Program-made: the position numbers and the translations under genes
Notes under the pieces: model-generated
What the model saw: only the letters and a program-made list of their open reading frames with translations
The model's database searches: none
Told to the model about the DNA's origin: nothing
Assembly (NCBI GenBank): GCA_963666565.1
Contig: OY762911.1
Coordinates: 4,608,001-4,672,000 of the forward strand
Origin: Thermoanaerobaculia bacterium
GTDB taxonomy: Bacteria; Acidobacteriota; Thermoanaerobaculia; Multivoradales; Multivoraceae
Direction of reading: 5' to 3'
Length of the DNA: 64,000 bases
In this document: in pieces, positions 46,982 through 56,313 of the stretch
How positions within the stretch are numbered: the stretch's first letter is position 1
Layout: every line of letters starts with the position of its first letter

Positions 46982-48112
46982 ATGCGAAGAAACGCGATGG
47001 GTCCGGCGACGCTCGCCATGGCAACCGCTCTCCTGTTCGGCGCCGCGGCCGCCGCCCAGGACGAGCCCGACGAGGCGCTGCAGCGCCTCGGCAACGACCT
47101 GTTCGCCGAACTCCTGTTCAACAACCAGGGCACGGGCTTCGCGATCGCCTGCTCGGTGTGCCACGCCATCGGCGAGTCGGTGCCCGGCAAGCCCGAGCGC
47201 TACTACGCCGACCACACGCCGACCAGCCTGACCGCGAACCGCGAGACGACGGAGCGAAACGCGCAGACCCTGGCCGACGCCTTCCGCGCCGACGTGTTCG
47301 GCTGGGATGGCGCCTACGACTCGATGGAGGCCATGATCCTCGACAAACTGGTCGGCAAGCAGTACGGCTGGAACGACGAGGACCGCGACGCGGCGATGGA
47401 CAACGCGGCCTACGTGCTGCTCAACGAGGGCCACAACGCGATCTCGGGCGTGCCCTACCTCGACCAGTTCCAGGAGGTCTACGGCCTGGACCTCGAGTCC
47501 CTGCCGCGGCCCGAAGTGGCGGAGGCGGCCGCCCGCGCCCTAGCCGACTACACCCGCACGCTGACCTACACGATGACCGCCCGCTGGGACGCCTTCGCCG
47601 AGCAGAACCGGTTCCGCAAGCAGCCGAACGAAGGCGAGGACATGCTGAACTACGCGGCGAGCATCGAGAGCCGGATCTTCAACCAGGAAGGCCGGAACCT
47701 GATCCGGCGGCCGGAGGGGTTCACCGAGACGGCCTACGAGGGCTTCAAGACCTTCTTCCGCGTCTTCGACGTGGAGTCGGTAGGTGCCTGCGTCCGTTGC
47801 CACGTGCCGCCGACCTTCACCGACTACGCGCTCCACGGCACCGGCGCCGGCGAGTTGAAGACGCCGCCGCTGCGGAACCTCTCCCGCACCGACCCGTACC
47901 TGCACGACGGCGGCGCCGCCACCCTGGAAGACGCGATCCGGGCGCACATGGCGCTGGCCGAAGCCGCCGACAACGAACGGGAAGGCGTCGACCCGCTCTT
48001 CGGCGAGATCGCCATCTCGGACGCGGACATCGAGCCCCTCGTTCTGTTCCTCCAGATGCTGGACGAGGTGGGGCCCGACAATTTCCGTCACTACCTGATC
48101 AACTTCGAGTGA
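46982..48112 (+). CDS. Secreted di-heme cytochrome c, bCcP/MauG superfamily (divergent)
   Basis: Signal peptide; CSVCH and CVRCH; RNAQTL, FGWDG, KTPPLRNL, PYLHDG. Confidence 0.82.
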   Translation: MRRNAMGPATLAMATALLFGAAAAAQDEPDEALQRLGNDLFAELLFNNQGTGFAIACSVCHAIGESVPGKPERYYADHTPTSLTANRETTERNAQTLADAFRADVFGWDGAYDSMEAMILDKLVGKQYGWNDEDRDAAMDNAAYVLLNEGHNAISGVPYLDQFQEVYGLDLESLPRPEVAEAAARALADYTRTLTYTMTARWDAFAEQNRFRKQPNEGEDMLNYAASIESRIFNQEGRNLIRRPEGFTETAYEGFKTFFRVFDVESVGACVRCHVPPTFTDYALHGTGAGELKTPPLRNLSRTDPYLHDGGAATLEDAIRAHMALAEAADNEREGVDPLFGEIAISDADIEPLVLFLQMLDEVGPDNFRHYLINFE

Positions 48113-48136
48113 GCGGTCGGGGACGGGCCGCGAGTG

Positions 48137-48166
48137 CCGGTCCGCCGGCCCTCTGGCCGGCATCGG
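48137..48166 (+). repeat. Family B REP-like copy
   Basis: ccggtcc-gccggcc-ctct-ggccggc-atcgg. Confidence 0.6.
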
Positions 48167-48171
48167 AGCGT

Positions 48172-48852
48172 GTGCAACCGGCCGTGGCGCGACGCGCGGC
48201 ACGGCTGGCCCTCGCCGCGCCACTGCTCGCCGCGCTCGCGCTCGCGGCGCCGCTCGCCGCCGACCCGTCTCTCGAACGGACGGACGCCCTGCCGCCGGAT
48301 CTCCCGGACTGGCTTGGCGCCCTGCTCGATCCGGCCGGCTACCGGGTGATCCGCGACGAGGGCCAGCCGATCGAGTTCTGGTTCCCGCCCGCGCTGCCGA
48401 TGCAGGACCCCTCGGCCGAACTCGGCGTCGAGTACCCCACCCTGCCGCCCGGCAGCCTCGTCGGCCTGATGCGCACGACGGACGACTGGAGCACCTACAA
48501 GAAGCAGATCGTGCCCGCCGGCGCCTACACCCTCCGCTACGCCGTGCAACCGGCCGACGGCGACCACACCGGGCAGACCTGGTTCCGCGACTTCCTCATC
48601 CTCATCCCGGTCGCGCTCGACACCTTCGATCCCTACGGCTTCCCGGAGCAGGAGCCGCTCGTGGAGGCCAGCATCACGATCGTCGAAGGCGCCACCCATC
48701 CGATGACGATGGCCCTGTTCCAGAACTACGACGGCGCGGAGAGCGCCACGATGTTCTGGAACGACCTCGACCAGCCCACGCTCGCCGTGCCCCTCGGCGA
48801 CGTGACCCTGGGGCTCGTCGTCGAGGGCCAGGGCGAGGAAGTGCCGCTGTAG
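48172..48852 (+). CDS. Secreted hypothetical protein
   Basis: Signal-like LALAAPLLAALALAAPLAA; QIVPAGAYTLRY...QPADGDH; strongly GC3-biased codons; start uncertain. Confidence 0.7.
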   Translation: MQPAVARRAARLALAAPLLAALALAAPLAADPSLERTDALPPDLPDWLGALLDPAGYRVIRDEGQPIEFWFPPALPMQDPSAELGVEYPTLPPGSLVGLMRTTDDWSTYKKQIVPAGAYTLRYAVQPADGDHTGQTWFRDFLILIPVALDTFDPYGFPEQEPLVEASITIVEGATHPMTMALFQNYDGAESATMFWNDLDQPTLAVPLGDVTLGLVVEGQGEEVPL

Positions 48853-48952
48853 GGCAGTCGCGGCCGCCGGTTGGACATCTAGGTTCCACGAATACGACAC
48901 GGTTCGGCTACACTCATGCACTTTGTCGCGAACCGGCCCAGGGGGTGCACGA

Positions 48953-51900
48953 GTGTCGGAAGGAGGGCTGAAGCGGTGCGGGGCATCGCGTCCGGAACGG
49001 CGCCGGGTCCGGCTGCCCGGGCTTCTGCTCGCCGCCCTCGCGGCCGCAAGCTCGTCCGCCGCCATGGCCACCGTACCGTCGAAACCGACGAAACCCACGG
49101 TGGCCGGCCAGGTCAGCGGCAGGGTCGCGCTTCAGTCCCAGGTCTTCTCGGAAGGCAGCTCGGCAATCACGAAGTGGCAGTACCAGGTCAAGAAGGGCGA
49201 GGGCGACTACAGCGGCTGGAGCCACATCGAGGCCTCCAACAAGCTGCTCGTCTTCACCCTTGGCGGCTTCGAGAACGGCGCCACCTACCGTTTCAAGGTG
49301 CGGGCCGTGAACGCCTCGGGCGAGGGCCCGGCCTCGGACGAATCCGACCCCGTGACCATCCCCGCCACGACCCCTTCCAAACCCACGGCCATCGGGGTTT
49401 CGGGGGACAACGCCTCGGTCGAGTTGACCTGGACCGCGGGGAGCGACGGCGGCGGAACGATCACCAAGTGGCAGTACCGGCAGAAAGCCGGCGAAGGAAA
49501 CTACGGCGCCTGGCTGGAAATCTGCAGGACGCAAACCGACGAGAACTGCCCGAACAAGGCCAGCCACACCGTCGACAGCCTGACCAACGGCACCGCCTAC
49601 AGGTTCAAGGTCCGCGCCGTGAACGGAACCGGCAACGGCGCGGCCTCCGACGAGTCCGCCGCCGTCACGCCGTCCACCACCCCCGCGAAGCCGACCGACC
49701 TGACCGTGGCGGCTTCCTGGCAGGCGGTCGACCTGGGCTGGACGGCGGGCGGCGACGGCGGCTCGGCGATCACCGGCTGGAAGTACCAACAGAAAGAAGG
49801 CAACAACAACTGGGGCGCGTGGCTCACCGTTCCCAACAGCGGAGCGAGCACCACCAGTCACACGATCACGGGCCTGACGACCGGCGCCGCCTATCGGTTC
49901 AAGGTTCGGGCCGTCAATGAAAACGGCGACGGCGCGGAGTCCGCCGCGTCCGCTTCGGCGACTCCCCCCGCCGCCACGCTCGCCGCCGGCGGCATCGCGG
50001 CGACGACCGCGACGCTGACGATCGGCAACTACACGGAGAGCTGGTACCGCAAGTACACCTCGCCCGCCGGCGGCGCGTGTTCCTCCACCGCCGTATCGAC
50101 CGCATCGACGACGGTGAACGACCTGAAAGAGAACACCTCCTACACCTTCGCGGCGTACACCGACGCCGCCTGCTCGACGCTGCTGGCCACCGCGGCGCCC
50201 TTCCCGACGCTGCCGCCCCAGCCCTCGAAGCCGGCGGCCACGGCGGGAACCAACGACGGCGAACTGATCCTGGCCTCGTCCGTCACGGGCGACGCCGCGC
50301 TGACCCGGTGGGAGTACAAGAAGAAGAGCGAGAGCGGCGCCTACGAGCCGGACTGGACGACCATGTCCAGCACCTCGGCGACGCTGAACCACACGGTCGC
50401 CGGTCTGACCGTCGGCACGAGATACCAGTTCAAGGTACGCGCGGTGAACGCCTCGGGCGCGGGCGCGGAGTCCGACGCCTCGACACTGGAGCGGGCGCCG
50501 GGCGAGGTCATCGAACCGGAGATCGAGTTCTACGCCATCGAGATCGGCCGGACCGCCGCGACCCTGGTCGTCTCCGGTTACCCGGGTCCGTGGTGGTACC
50601 AGGGCAGCCAGAAAGGAGCCGCCTGCACCGCGGTCGAGGCGGGGACCACGACGGTCAGCCTCATCGGTCTCAAGCCGGCCACTTCCTACACCTTCAGGGC
50701 CTACGGCGAGGCCGGTTGCCTGACCGACAGCGAACTCGCCAGCACGGAGATCACCACGCAGGACCCGCCGGAAGCGACGGCGCCGCCGGCGCCGTCGAGG
50801 CCGACGGCGACTCCCGGCCACGCTTCGGTGACCCTGACCTGGACCTCCAACGGCGACGGCGGCGCGGCGATCGGCAAGTGGCAGTACGTCAAGAGAGTTG
50901 GCGACGGCAGCTTCGAGACCGAATGGACCGACGTTCCCGGCGGCGGCGACGCCAGGACCTGCACCGTCGACGGCCTCGTCGCCGGAACCGCGTACCGGTT
51001 CATGCTGCGGGCCGTCAACTCCGTCGGCGCCGGCGCCCCCTCCGCCCCGTCGGCCGCCGCGATCCCGACCGACCTGGGACCGACGGTGCGTTCGCCGCTG
51101 CAGGACGTCGCGCTGCCGCTCGGAGGCGCGCCCGTGTCGCTCGACCTGGCGATCTCGTTCGCGGGCGAGGACCTGACGTGGGAAGCGTCGGTCGAGGACG
51201 AAGCCGTAGTCGGCATCCGCCTCGCCGGGCCGTCCCTGACGCTGTCTCCGCTGGCGCTCGGACGCACCGCGGTCACGGTGACCGCCGCGAACGGCTACGG
51301 CTCGGTCAGCCTGGCGTTCGCGGTCGACGTGCGGGACGCCATGCCATTCGTCGGCCGGCGGCTGCCGAACGCCACGATCCGGGTGGACGAAGGTCCCTTG
51401 CGGATGGAACTCGCGGACGCCTTTGGCGGCACTTCGCTGCGCTACGCCGCGTCGTCCTCGAACCCGGATGTCGCGCGGCTCTCGCTGGAAGGCAGCCGGC
51501 TGGTCGTCCGCCCGACCGGCGCCGGCATGGCGGACATCTCGGTCGCCGCGTCCAACGGCGTCGGCGAGGCGAAGCAGACCTTCAGGCTGACCGTGCGCGA
51601 CGCGCCGCCCCGGGCTGTCGGCACGCTGCCGGACCTGGAATTGGCGCCCGGCGACGACCCGGTCCAGATCGACATCGGACCGGCGTTCACCGGCTCCTCG
51701 CTGGTCTTCTCGGCGTCATCGTCCAACTCCGCCGCGGTTGCGGTCAGCGTGTCCATGCCGGTCGACGGCGGCGGAACCCTGACCTTGCTGCCACTGGCCG
51801 TCGGGCGGGCAACGATCGCCGTCCGTGCCACGAACGTCTCCGGCGACGCCGTTCAGCGCTTCACGGCGACGGTCGCAGATCGCGCGCCGGAGGTCGTCGG

Positions 51901-53737
51901 CGGACTGCCCGCCGTGACCCTGACCGCCGGCGGCGCAGCAAGAACCGTCGACCTGGCGCCTGCCTTCGGCGGCACGAACCTGGTCTTCGAGGCGGCTTCG
52001 CTCGATCCGGGCGTGGCGCGAGTCTCCGTCGCCGGAGCGTCGCTCACGGCCTCGCCGGTGCGGGAGGGCCGGACCGAACTGGTCGTCGCGGCGTCGAACA
52101 GCGCGGGGCGCGCCGAGCAGCGCTTCGCGGTCGTCGTGGTCACCTCCGCGGCGGAAACGGAAGTGCTCGAGAACGCGCTGGCGGCGGTAGGCCGCGCGAC
52201 GCTGACGAGCGTCGCGGCGACGGTCCGGTCCCGCTTTGCGACGAACCGCGACAACGCCGGGATACGGATTCTCGGGCAGGAGATCCCGCTGGCGGGCGGC
52301 GACGCCGGGAATCGCCTCGGCGGCAGCGCCGGAACGACCCGCTTCGGCGGCGGCTACGGCGGCCTTGGCGGCCATGACCGGAACGATCCGAACGCCCGCT
52401 TCGCGGATCGGGCGCTGGCCAGCCTCTCCTTCGAGATCCCGTTCAGCGCCGCCGCGGCAGAGAGCGCCGAAGGCGAAGAGGCCCTCGGACGCTCCCGGTC
52501 CTGGGCGCTCTGGGGCAGCGGCGACCTGGTCTCCTTCGACGGCTCGGAGCTGGAAGACGCCTCCTTCAGCGGCGACGCCCGCACCTTCTACGTCGGCGTC
52601 GACGGTCCCGTCGGCGAGCGCTGGCTGGCCGGAGTCGCGGTCTCCAGCCTCGACGCCCGAATCGACTACGCCTTCGCCTCGTCCGGCGAGGGCGCGGGCG
52701 GCGAGGGCGAAATGCGTTCCGAGCTCGCGTCCATCCTCCCCTACGCGCGGTACGACGCCGGAGGCGGCCGCGAGTTCTGGGCAGCGCTCGGCGCCGGCAG
52801 CGGCGACGCCAGTCTGGACCGCCAGCTAGCGGACGCCGGCGACCTGGACCCGGAGAAGAGCGACCTGTCCCTGCTGATGGGCCTGGTCGGCGGACGCTGG
52901 CGCCTCGGCGGCAGCGAAATGGACCTGGCGCTCGTCGGCGACGCCGGCTTCGCGGAGCTGGAGACCGACGTCGGCGAACGGGCGGTAGACGGCCTCGCCG
53001 CCCGCGTGTCGAGACTGCGCCTGGGTCTGGAGTTCTCGCGCGCCCTCGCCGCCCGCCATGGTTCCGTGACGCCGTTCGGCGAAGTCTCCGCCCGCCACGA
53101 CGGCGGCGATGGCGCGAACGGCGCCGGGCTGGAGGTCGCCGGCGGCCTCCGCTACCGGAGCGCCTCCGGCCGGGTGCGGTTCGAGGTGCAGGCGCGGACA
53201 CTGGCGCTGCACGCCGAGAGCGGCTATCGCGAGACGGGCTACTCGCTGAGCGCGTCGGTCGAGCCGCGCGAGGGCGGCGCCGGCTTCTCCCTGTCCGTCA
53301 CGCCGACCTGGGGCCGGATCGGCGGCGCATCCCTCTTCGAGGGGACGTCCTCCGTGCGGTCGCTGGCCGGCGCCGCTCTGCCCGGCGCAAGCCACGGACA
53401 GACGATGTCGTTCCGCACCCGCGCCGCCTACGGCTTCCGGCTGGGCCTCCCGGCAGCGCTGCTCGCGCCGTTCGGCGAGTATGAAACCCACGGCGCAGGC
53501 CCCGCCAGAGTCCGAGGCGGGTTCTTCTTCGGCCTCGAGCGCCGCCGCCATACTCTGACGGTGGAGCTTTCGACCGGCGCGGGAGGCGGCTTCGGCGCAT
53601 TCTCCCTGTCTCCGGCGCCGGCAGCGCCGGCGAACCGCGCCGGCGTCGGCGATCTCCAGAGCGGCGCCCTGACCCACGCCCTGACCGCGACCGTCCGCTT
53701 CGCGCCGCCGAGAGGAGCCTCGCCGAGAAGGCCGTGA
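48953..53737 (+). CDS. Large surface protein: FN3 repeats, Ig/cadherin-like repeats, C-terminal autotransporter-like beta domain
   Basis: Repeated 'LTWT...GG..ITKWQY...YRFKVRAVN' FN3 units; 'ASSSNP.VA...G..L' repeats; C-terminal LPYARY, RLRLGLE, RHDGGD strands; start uncertain (ORF open from 48923). Confidence 0.85.
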   Translation: MSEGGLKRCGASRPERRRVRLPGLLLAALAAASSSAAMATVPSKPTKPTVAGQVSGRVALQSQVFSEGSSAITKWQYQVKKGEGDYSGWSHIEASNKLLVFTLGGFENGATYRFKVRAVNASGEGPASDESDPVTIPATTPSKPTAIGVSGDNASVELTWTAGSDGGGTITKWQYRQKAGEGNYGAWLEICRTQTDENCPNKASHTVDSLTNGTAYRFKVRAVNGTGNGAASDESAAVTPSTTPAKPTDLTVAASWQAVDLGWTAGGDGGSAITGWKYQQKEGNNNWGAWLTVPNSGASTTSHTITGLTTGAAYRFKVRAVNENGDGAESAASASATPPAATLAAGGIAATTATLTIGNYTESWYRKYTSPAGGACSSTAVSTASTTVNDLKENTSYTFAAYTDAACSTLLATAAPFPTLPPQPSKPAATAGTNDGELILASSVTGDAALTRWEYKKKSESGAYEPDWTTMSSTSATLNHTVAGLTVGTRYQFKVRAVNASGAGAESDASTLERAPGEVIEPEIEFYAIEIGRTAATLVVSGYPGPWWYQGSQKGAACTAVEAGTTTVSLIGLKPATSYTFRAYGEAGCLTDSELASTEITTQDPPEATAPPAPSRPTATPGHASVTLTWTSNGDGGAAIGKWQYVKRVGDGSFETEWTDVPGGGDARTCTVDGLVAGTAYRFMLRAVNSVGAGAPSAPSAAAIPTDLGPTVRSPLQDVALPLGGAPVSLDLAISFAGEDLTWEASVEDEAVVGIRLAGPSLTLSPLALGRTAVTVTAANGYGSVSLAFAVDVRDAMPFVGRRLPNATIRVDEGPLRMELADAFGGTSLRYAASSSNPDVARLSLEGSRLVVRPTGAGMADISVAASNGVGEAKQTFRLTVRDAPPRAVGTLPDLELAPGDDPVQIDIGPAFTGSSLVFSASSSNSAAVAVSVSMPVDGGGTLTLLPLAVGRATIAVRATNVSGDAVQRFTATVADRAPEVVGGLPAVTLTAGGAARTVDLAPAFGGTNLVFEAASLDPGVARVSVAGASLTASPVREGRTELVVAASNSAGRAEQRFAVVVVTSAAETEVLENALAAVGRATLTSVAATVRSRFATNRDNAGIRILGQEIPLAGGDAGNRLGGSAGTTRFGGGYGGLGGHDRNDPNARFADRALASLSFEIPFSAAAAESAEGEEALGRSRSWALWGSGDLVSFDGSELEDASFSGDARTFYVGVDGPVGERWLAGVAVSSLDARIDYAFASSGEGAGGEGEMRSELASILPYARYDAGGGREFWAALGAGSGDASLDRQLADAGDLDPEKSDLSLLMGLVGGRWRLGGSEMDLALVGDAGFAELETDVGERAVDGLAARVSRLRLGLEFSRALAARHGSVTPFGEVSARHDGGDGANGAGLEVAGGLRYRSASGRVRFEVQARTLALHAESGYRETGYSLSASVEPREGGAGFSLSVTPTWGRIGGASLFEGTSSVRSLAGAALPGASHGQTMSFRTRAAYGFRLGLPAALLAPFGEYETHGAGPARVRGGFFFGLERRRHTLTVELSTGAGGGFGAFSLSPAPAAPANRAGVGDLQSGALTHALTATVRFAPPRGASPRRP

Positions 53738-53763
53738 TCAGCCCAATCAGGAGTGTTCACAGG

Positions 53764-53840
53764 GCTGCGCTGTCGCGCAGGGATCGAGCCGTCTGCCGGG
53801 TGCGCGGGTCTTCCGACCCGCTGCCGGCGTAGCCGGCCAG
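53764..53840 (+). repeat. Family A REP-like copy with extended leader
   Basis: gctgcgctgtcgcgcagggatcgagccgtctgcc-gggtgcgcgggtcttccgacccgctgccggcgtagccggccag. Confidence 0.9.
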
Positions 53841-53896
53841 GAAGTCGCGCCGGCCGACGGGCCGGCTCCACTCGGCCTGGCCCGCCGGCGACGACG

Positions 53897-54697
53897 CTAG
53901 CGGTTCCGCGTCAACGGCACGAACCGCACCGGGATCACCCGGGTCCGCTCCACCGACCCGTCCGCCCGCTTCTCCAGCACCTGGAGTTCCTGGCGGCCGC
54001 CATCGGGCCCCACCGGCAGCACCAGCCGGCCGCCGACCGCCAACTGGTCGACCAGGGGCTGCGGCACATGGTCCGGCGCCGCGGTGACGACGATCGCGTC
54101 GAACGGCGCCTCCTCCGGCCAGCCCGCGTAGCCGTCGCCGATCCGGGTCGTCACGTTCCGGTAGCCGGCCGCGTCCAGGTCCGCCGCCGCCCGCAGGCCG
54201 AGCGGCTCCACGATCTCGATCGTGTAGACGTGATCGACGATCTCCGCCAGCACCGCCGCCTGGTAGCCCGAGCCGGTGCCGATCTCGAGCACCCTGTCCT
54301 CCGGGTCGGGCTCGGCGAGCTCGGTCATCAGCGCCACGATGTAGGGCTGCGAGATCGTCTGGCGCCAGCCGATCCCGAGCGGCGAGTCGCGGTAGGCCCA
54401 CTCGCGGATCTCCTCCGGCACGAACAGGTGGCGCTCCACCTTCTCCATCGCGTCGATCACCCGGACATCGAGCACCGGCGGCCTGCCGTCGCGGGGTTCG
54501 GAGATCGTGTCGCGCACCATCTGCCGCCGGAGCGCCGTCAAGTCGACCCGTTCCTGGGCGGGTGCGGCGGAACCCGCGAGGCCCATCACGGCGGCGGCAG
54601 CGACGCCGAACCGCAGGCCCCGCGCCGCGGGCCGCCGAAGGGCCGCGTGTAGCCTTCGCCATCCCGTCCGACCGCCGCCAACCGAGGTTGTCGTCAT
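53897..54697 (-). CDS. pcm: Protein-L-isoaspartate O-methyltransferase
   Basis: VERHLFVP, QTISQPYIVALM, VLEIGTGSGYQAA, PFDAIVVTAA, VRFVPL; start uncertain. Confidence 0.92.
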   Translation of the reverse strand: MTTTSVGGGRTGWRRLHAALRRPAARGLRFGVAAAAVMGLAGSAAPAQERVDLTALRRQMVRDTISEPRDGRPPVLDVRVIDAMEKVERHLFVPEEIREWAYRDSPLGIGWRQTISQPYIVALMTELAEPDPEDRVLEIGTGSGYQAAVLAEIVDHVYTIEIVEPLGLRAAADLDAAGYRNVTTRIGDGYAGWPEEAPFDAIVVTAAPDHVPQPLVDQLAVGGRLVLPVGPDGGRQELQVLEKRADGSVERTRVIPVRFVPLTRNR

Positions 54698-54755
54698 CGC
54701 TCGCCCCCCAACTCCGCCCAAACGTCTGTGGAACCGACCGGGCCTGCAAGCGTAC

Positions 54756-55919
54756 ATGGGGACACTGGCCTGTTCGAGTTCCGGCCTGGGCATGTACCAG
54801 CTCCTCCTGCCCTGGCTGCTGATCAGCGCGCTTTCCCTGCCGGCCAGCCAGGTCGGCCCGCTGCAGGCGGCCGTCGGCCTTCCCGGCGTGATCATCATGC
54901 TCTGGGGCGGCGCCAGCGCCGACCGCGCGGACGCCCGGGCAACGCTGACCCGGGTGTTCGGTTCAGCGGCCCTCGTACCCCTCGCGCTGATTCTGGTACT
55001 CGAACTCGGAGAGCTCAGCGTCTGGACCGTTACCGCGTGGGGCCTCGGAATCAGCGCCGCCCTGTCCTTCTCCGGACCGGCCCAGCAGTCCGTGCTGAGC
55101 CGCATCGCGGGCCGGGATCTGCAGCGGGCGGTGACCGCGTCCACCGCCATCACGATGTTCACCACGATGATCGGGATCGGCGCCGCCGGTCAACTCGACC
55201 GAATCGGCCTGCGGCAGGTTCTGCTGGTTCAGTGCCTCTGCCTGGTCGTGGCGGCACTGTGGATCCGGCGAATCGGCTCGCACGAGTCCGCCAACGACGG
55301 GCCCACCGAGCCCACCTGGCGCCGGATCCGCGAGGGCTTCCGCGCCTCCTACCTCCAGCGTCCGGTCTTCGACGCGATGACGGTCAACTTCGTCTCCAGC
55401 ATCTTCAACGCCGGCGGCTTCCTGACCGCCTTTCCCTTCATCGTCCGGGAGGTCTACGACGGCGACGCGGAACTGCTCTCGTTGCTCATGATCGTCTTCT
55501 TCGCCGGCGCGGTCGTCTCGAACCTGATCATGCTCCGGTTCATGCCGTTCCGGAAGCCCGGCCGCTGGTTCGTCCTGTTCCAGCTCTCCCGCGTCGTCGT
55601 CCTCTTCCTGATCTGGATCGAACCCGCCTGGTGGCTGGTCGTCACCGCGGTCGTCGCCTGGGGCCTCAACATGGGCGTCACGACCACCCTGGCCCGAGCC
55701 ATCGTCCAGGAGGCCGCCGAACCGCTTTCCCGCGGCCGCGTCATGGCCGTCTTCGGCATCGGTCTGCTGGGCGCCCCGCTGATCGGCGCCGTCATCCTCG
55801 GCTGGATCGTGGAACAGTACGGTGCTCTCGCCGGCCTCGTCCCCGGCATGGCGGCTTCGGTGCTGTTGTTCCTCTACAGCATGGCGGCCACGGGGCTGTG
55901 GCGGTATCGGTCAGCCTGA
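54756..55919 (+). CDS. MFS transporter
   Basis: Multiple TM segments, GGASADRAD, RGRVMA; start uncertain. Confidence 0.85.
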   Translation: MGTLACSSSGLGMYQLLLPWLLISALSLPASQVGPLQAAVGLPGVIIMLWGGASADRADARATLTRVFGSAALVPLALILVLELGELSVWTVTAWGLGISAALSFSGPAQQSVLSRIAGRDLQRAVTASTAITMFTTMIGIGAAGQLDRIGLRQVLLVQCLCLVVAALWIRRIGSHESANDGPTEPTWRRIREGFRASYLQRPVFDAMTVNFVSSIFNAGGFLTAFPFIVREVYDGDAELLSLLMIVFFAGAVVSNLIMLRFMPFRKPGRWFVLFQLSRVVVLFLIWIEPAWWLVVTAVVAWGLNMGVTTTLARAIVQEAAEPLSRGRVMAVFGIGLLGAPLIGAVILGWIVEQYGALAGLVPGMAASVLLFLYSMAATGLWRYRSA

Positions 55920-55949
55920 CGCTCTGAGCGGCGCCTTCGGGAGGACGGC

Positions 55950-56247
55950 CAGCCCGCGCGGACGCTACGGCGACCGCGTGATTGCCCGCGCTCATGGCCG
56001 TCACGCCGGCGCGCAGTCGTTCGGCGCTCAGCCGCGGGACGTTCGACAGCGCCCCTCACGCCTTGAACGTACCGGAGCGCCGAAAAAGCTCCAGCTTGGC
56101 GTGGACACGGCCGTTCCCCGGCAGGATCGCCCGCATCTCGGGGCCCGACCACTCGACGACCGGCGTTTCAACGATGTGAGGAGAGATCGGCGCAAGCGTC
56201 TCTTCGACCGACTCCAGCGTGATGCAACTGTCGTCGTCGCTCACCAC
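55950..56247 (-). pseudogene. Threonine/serine dehydratase pseudogene (N-terminal remnant)
   Basis: ETPVV...AKLELFRRSGTFKA*GALSN...VTAMSAGNHAVAVA with in-frame TGA at 56056-56058; truncated afterwards. Confidence 0.8.
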
Positions 56248-56313
56248 CTTTAGTCTACCAACCGAAACAGGCGAGCCGGACGACCTCCGCGTCGACGCCA
56301 CCGACGACGCCGA

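Noticed and set aside
48953-51060. Nucleotide repeats such as ttcaaggt-cg-gccgtgaac as DGR template/variable repeats
   Set aside because: Explained by FN3 domain repetition; no reverse transcriptase and no adenine-specific mismatch pattern noticed
56056-56058. In-frame TGA as selenocysteine or recoding
   Set aside because: Position corresponds to a conserved Arg, not Cys, and the gene is truncated downstream
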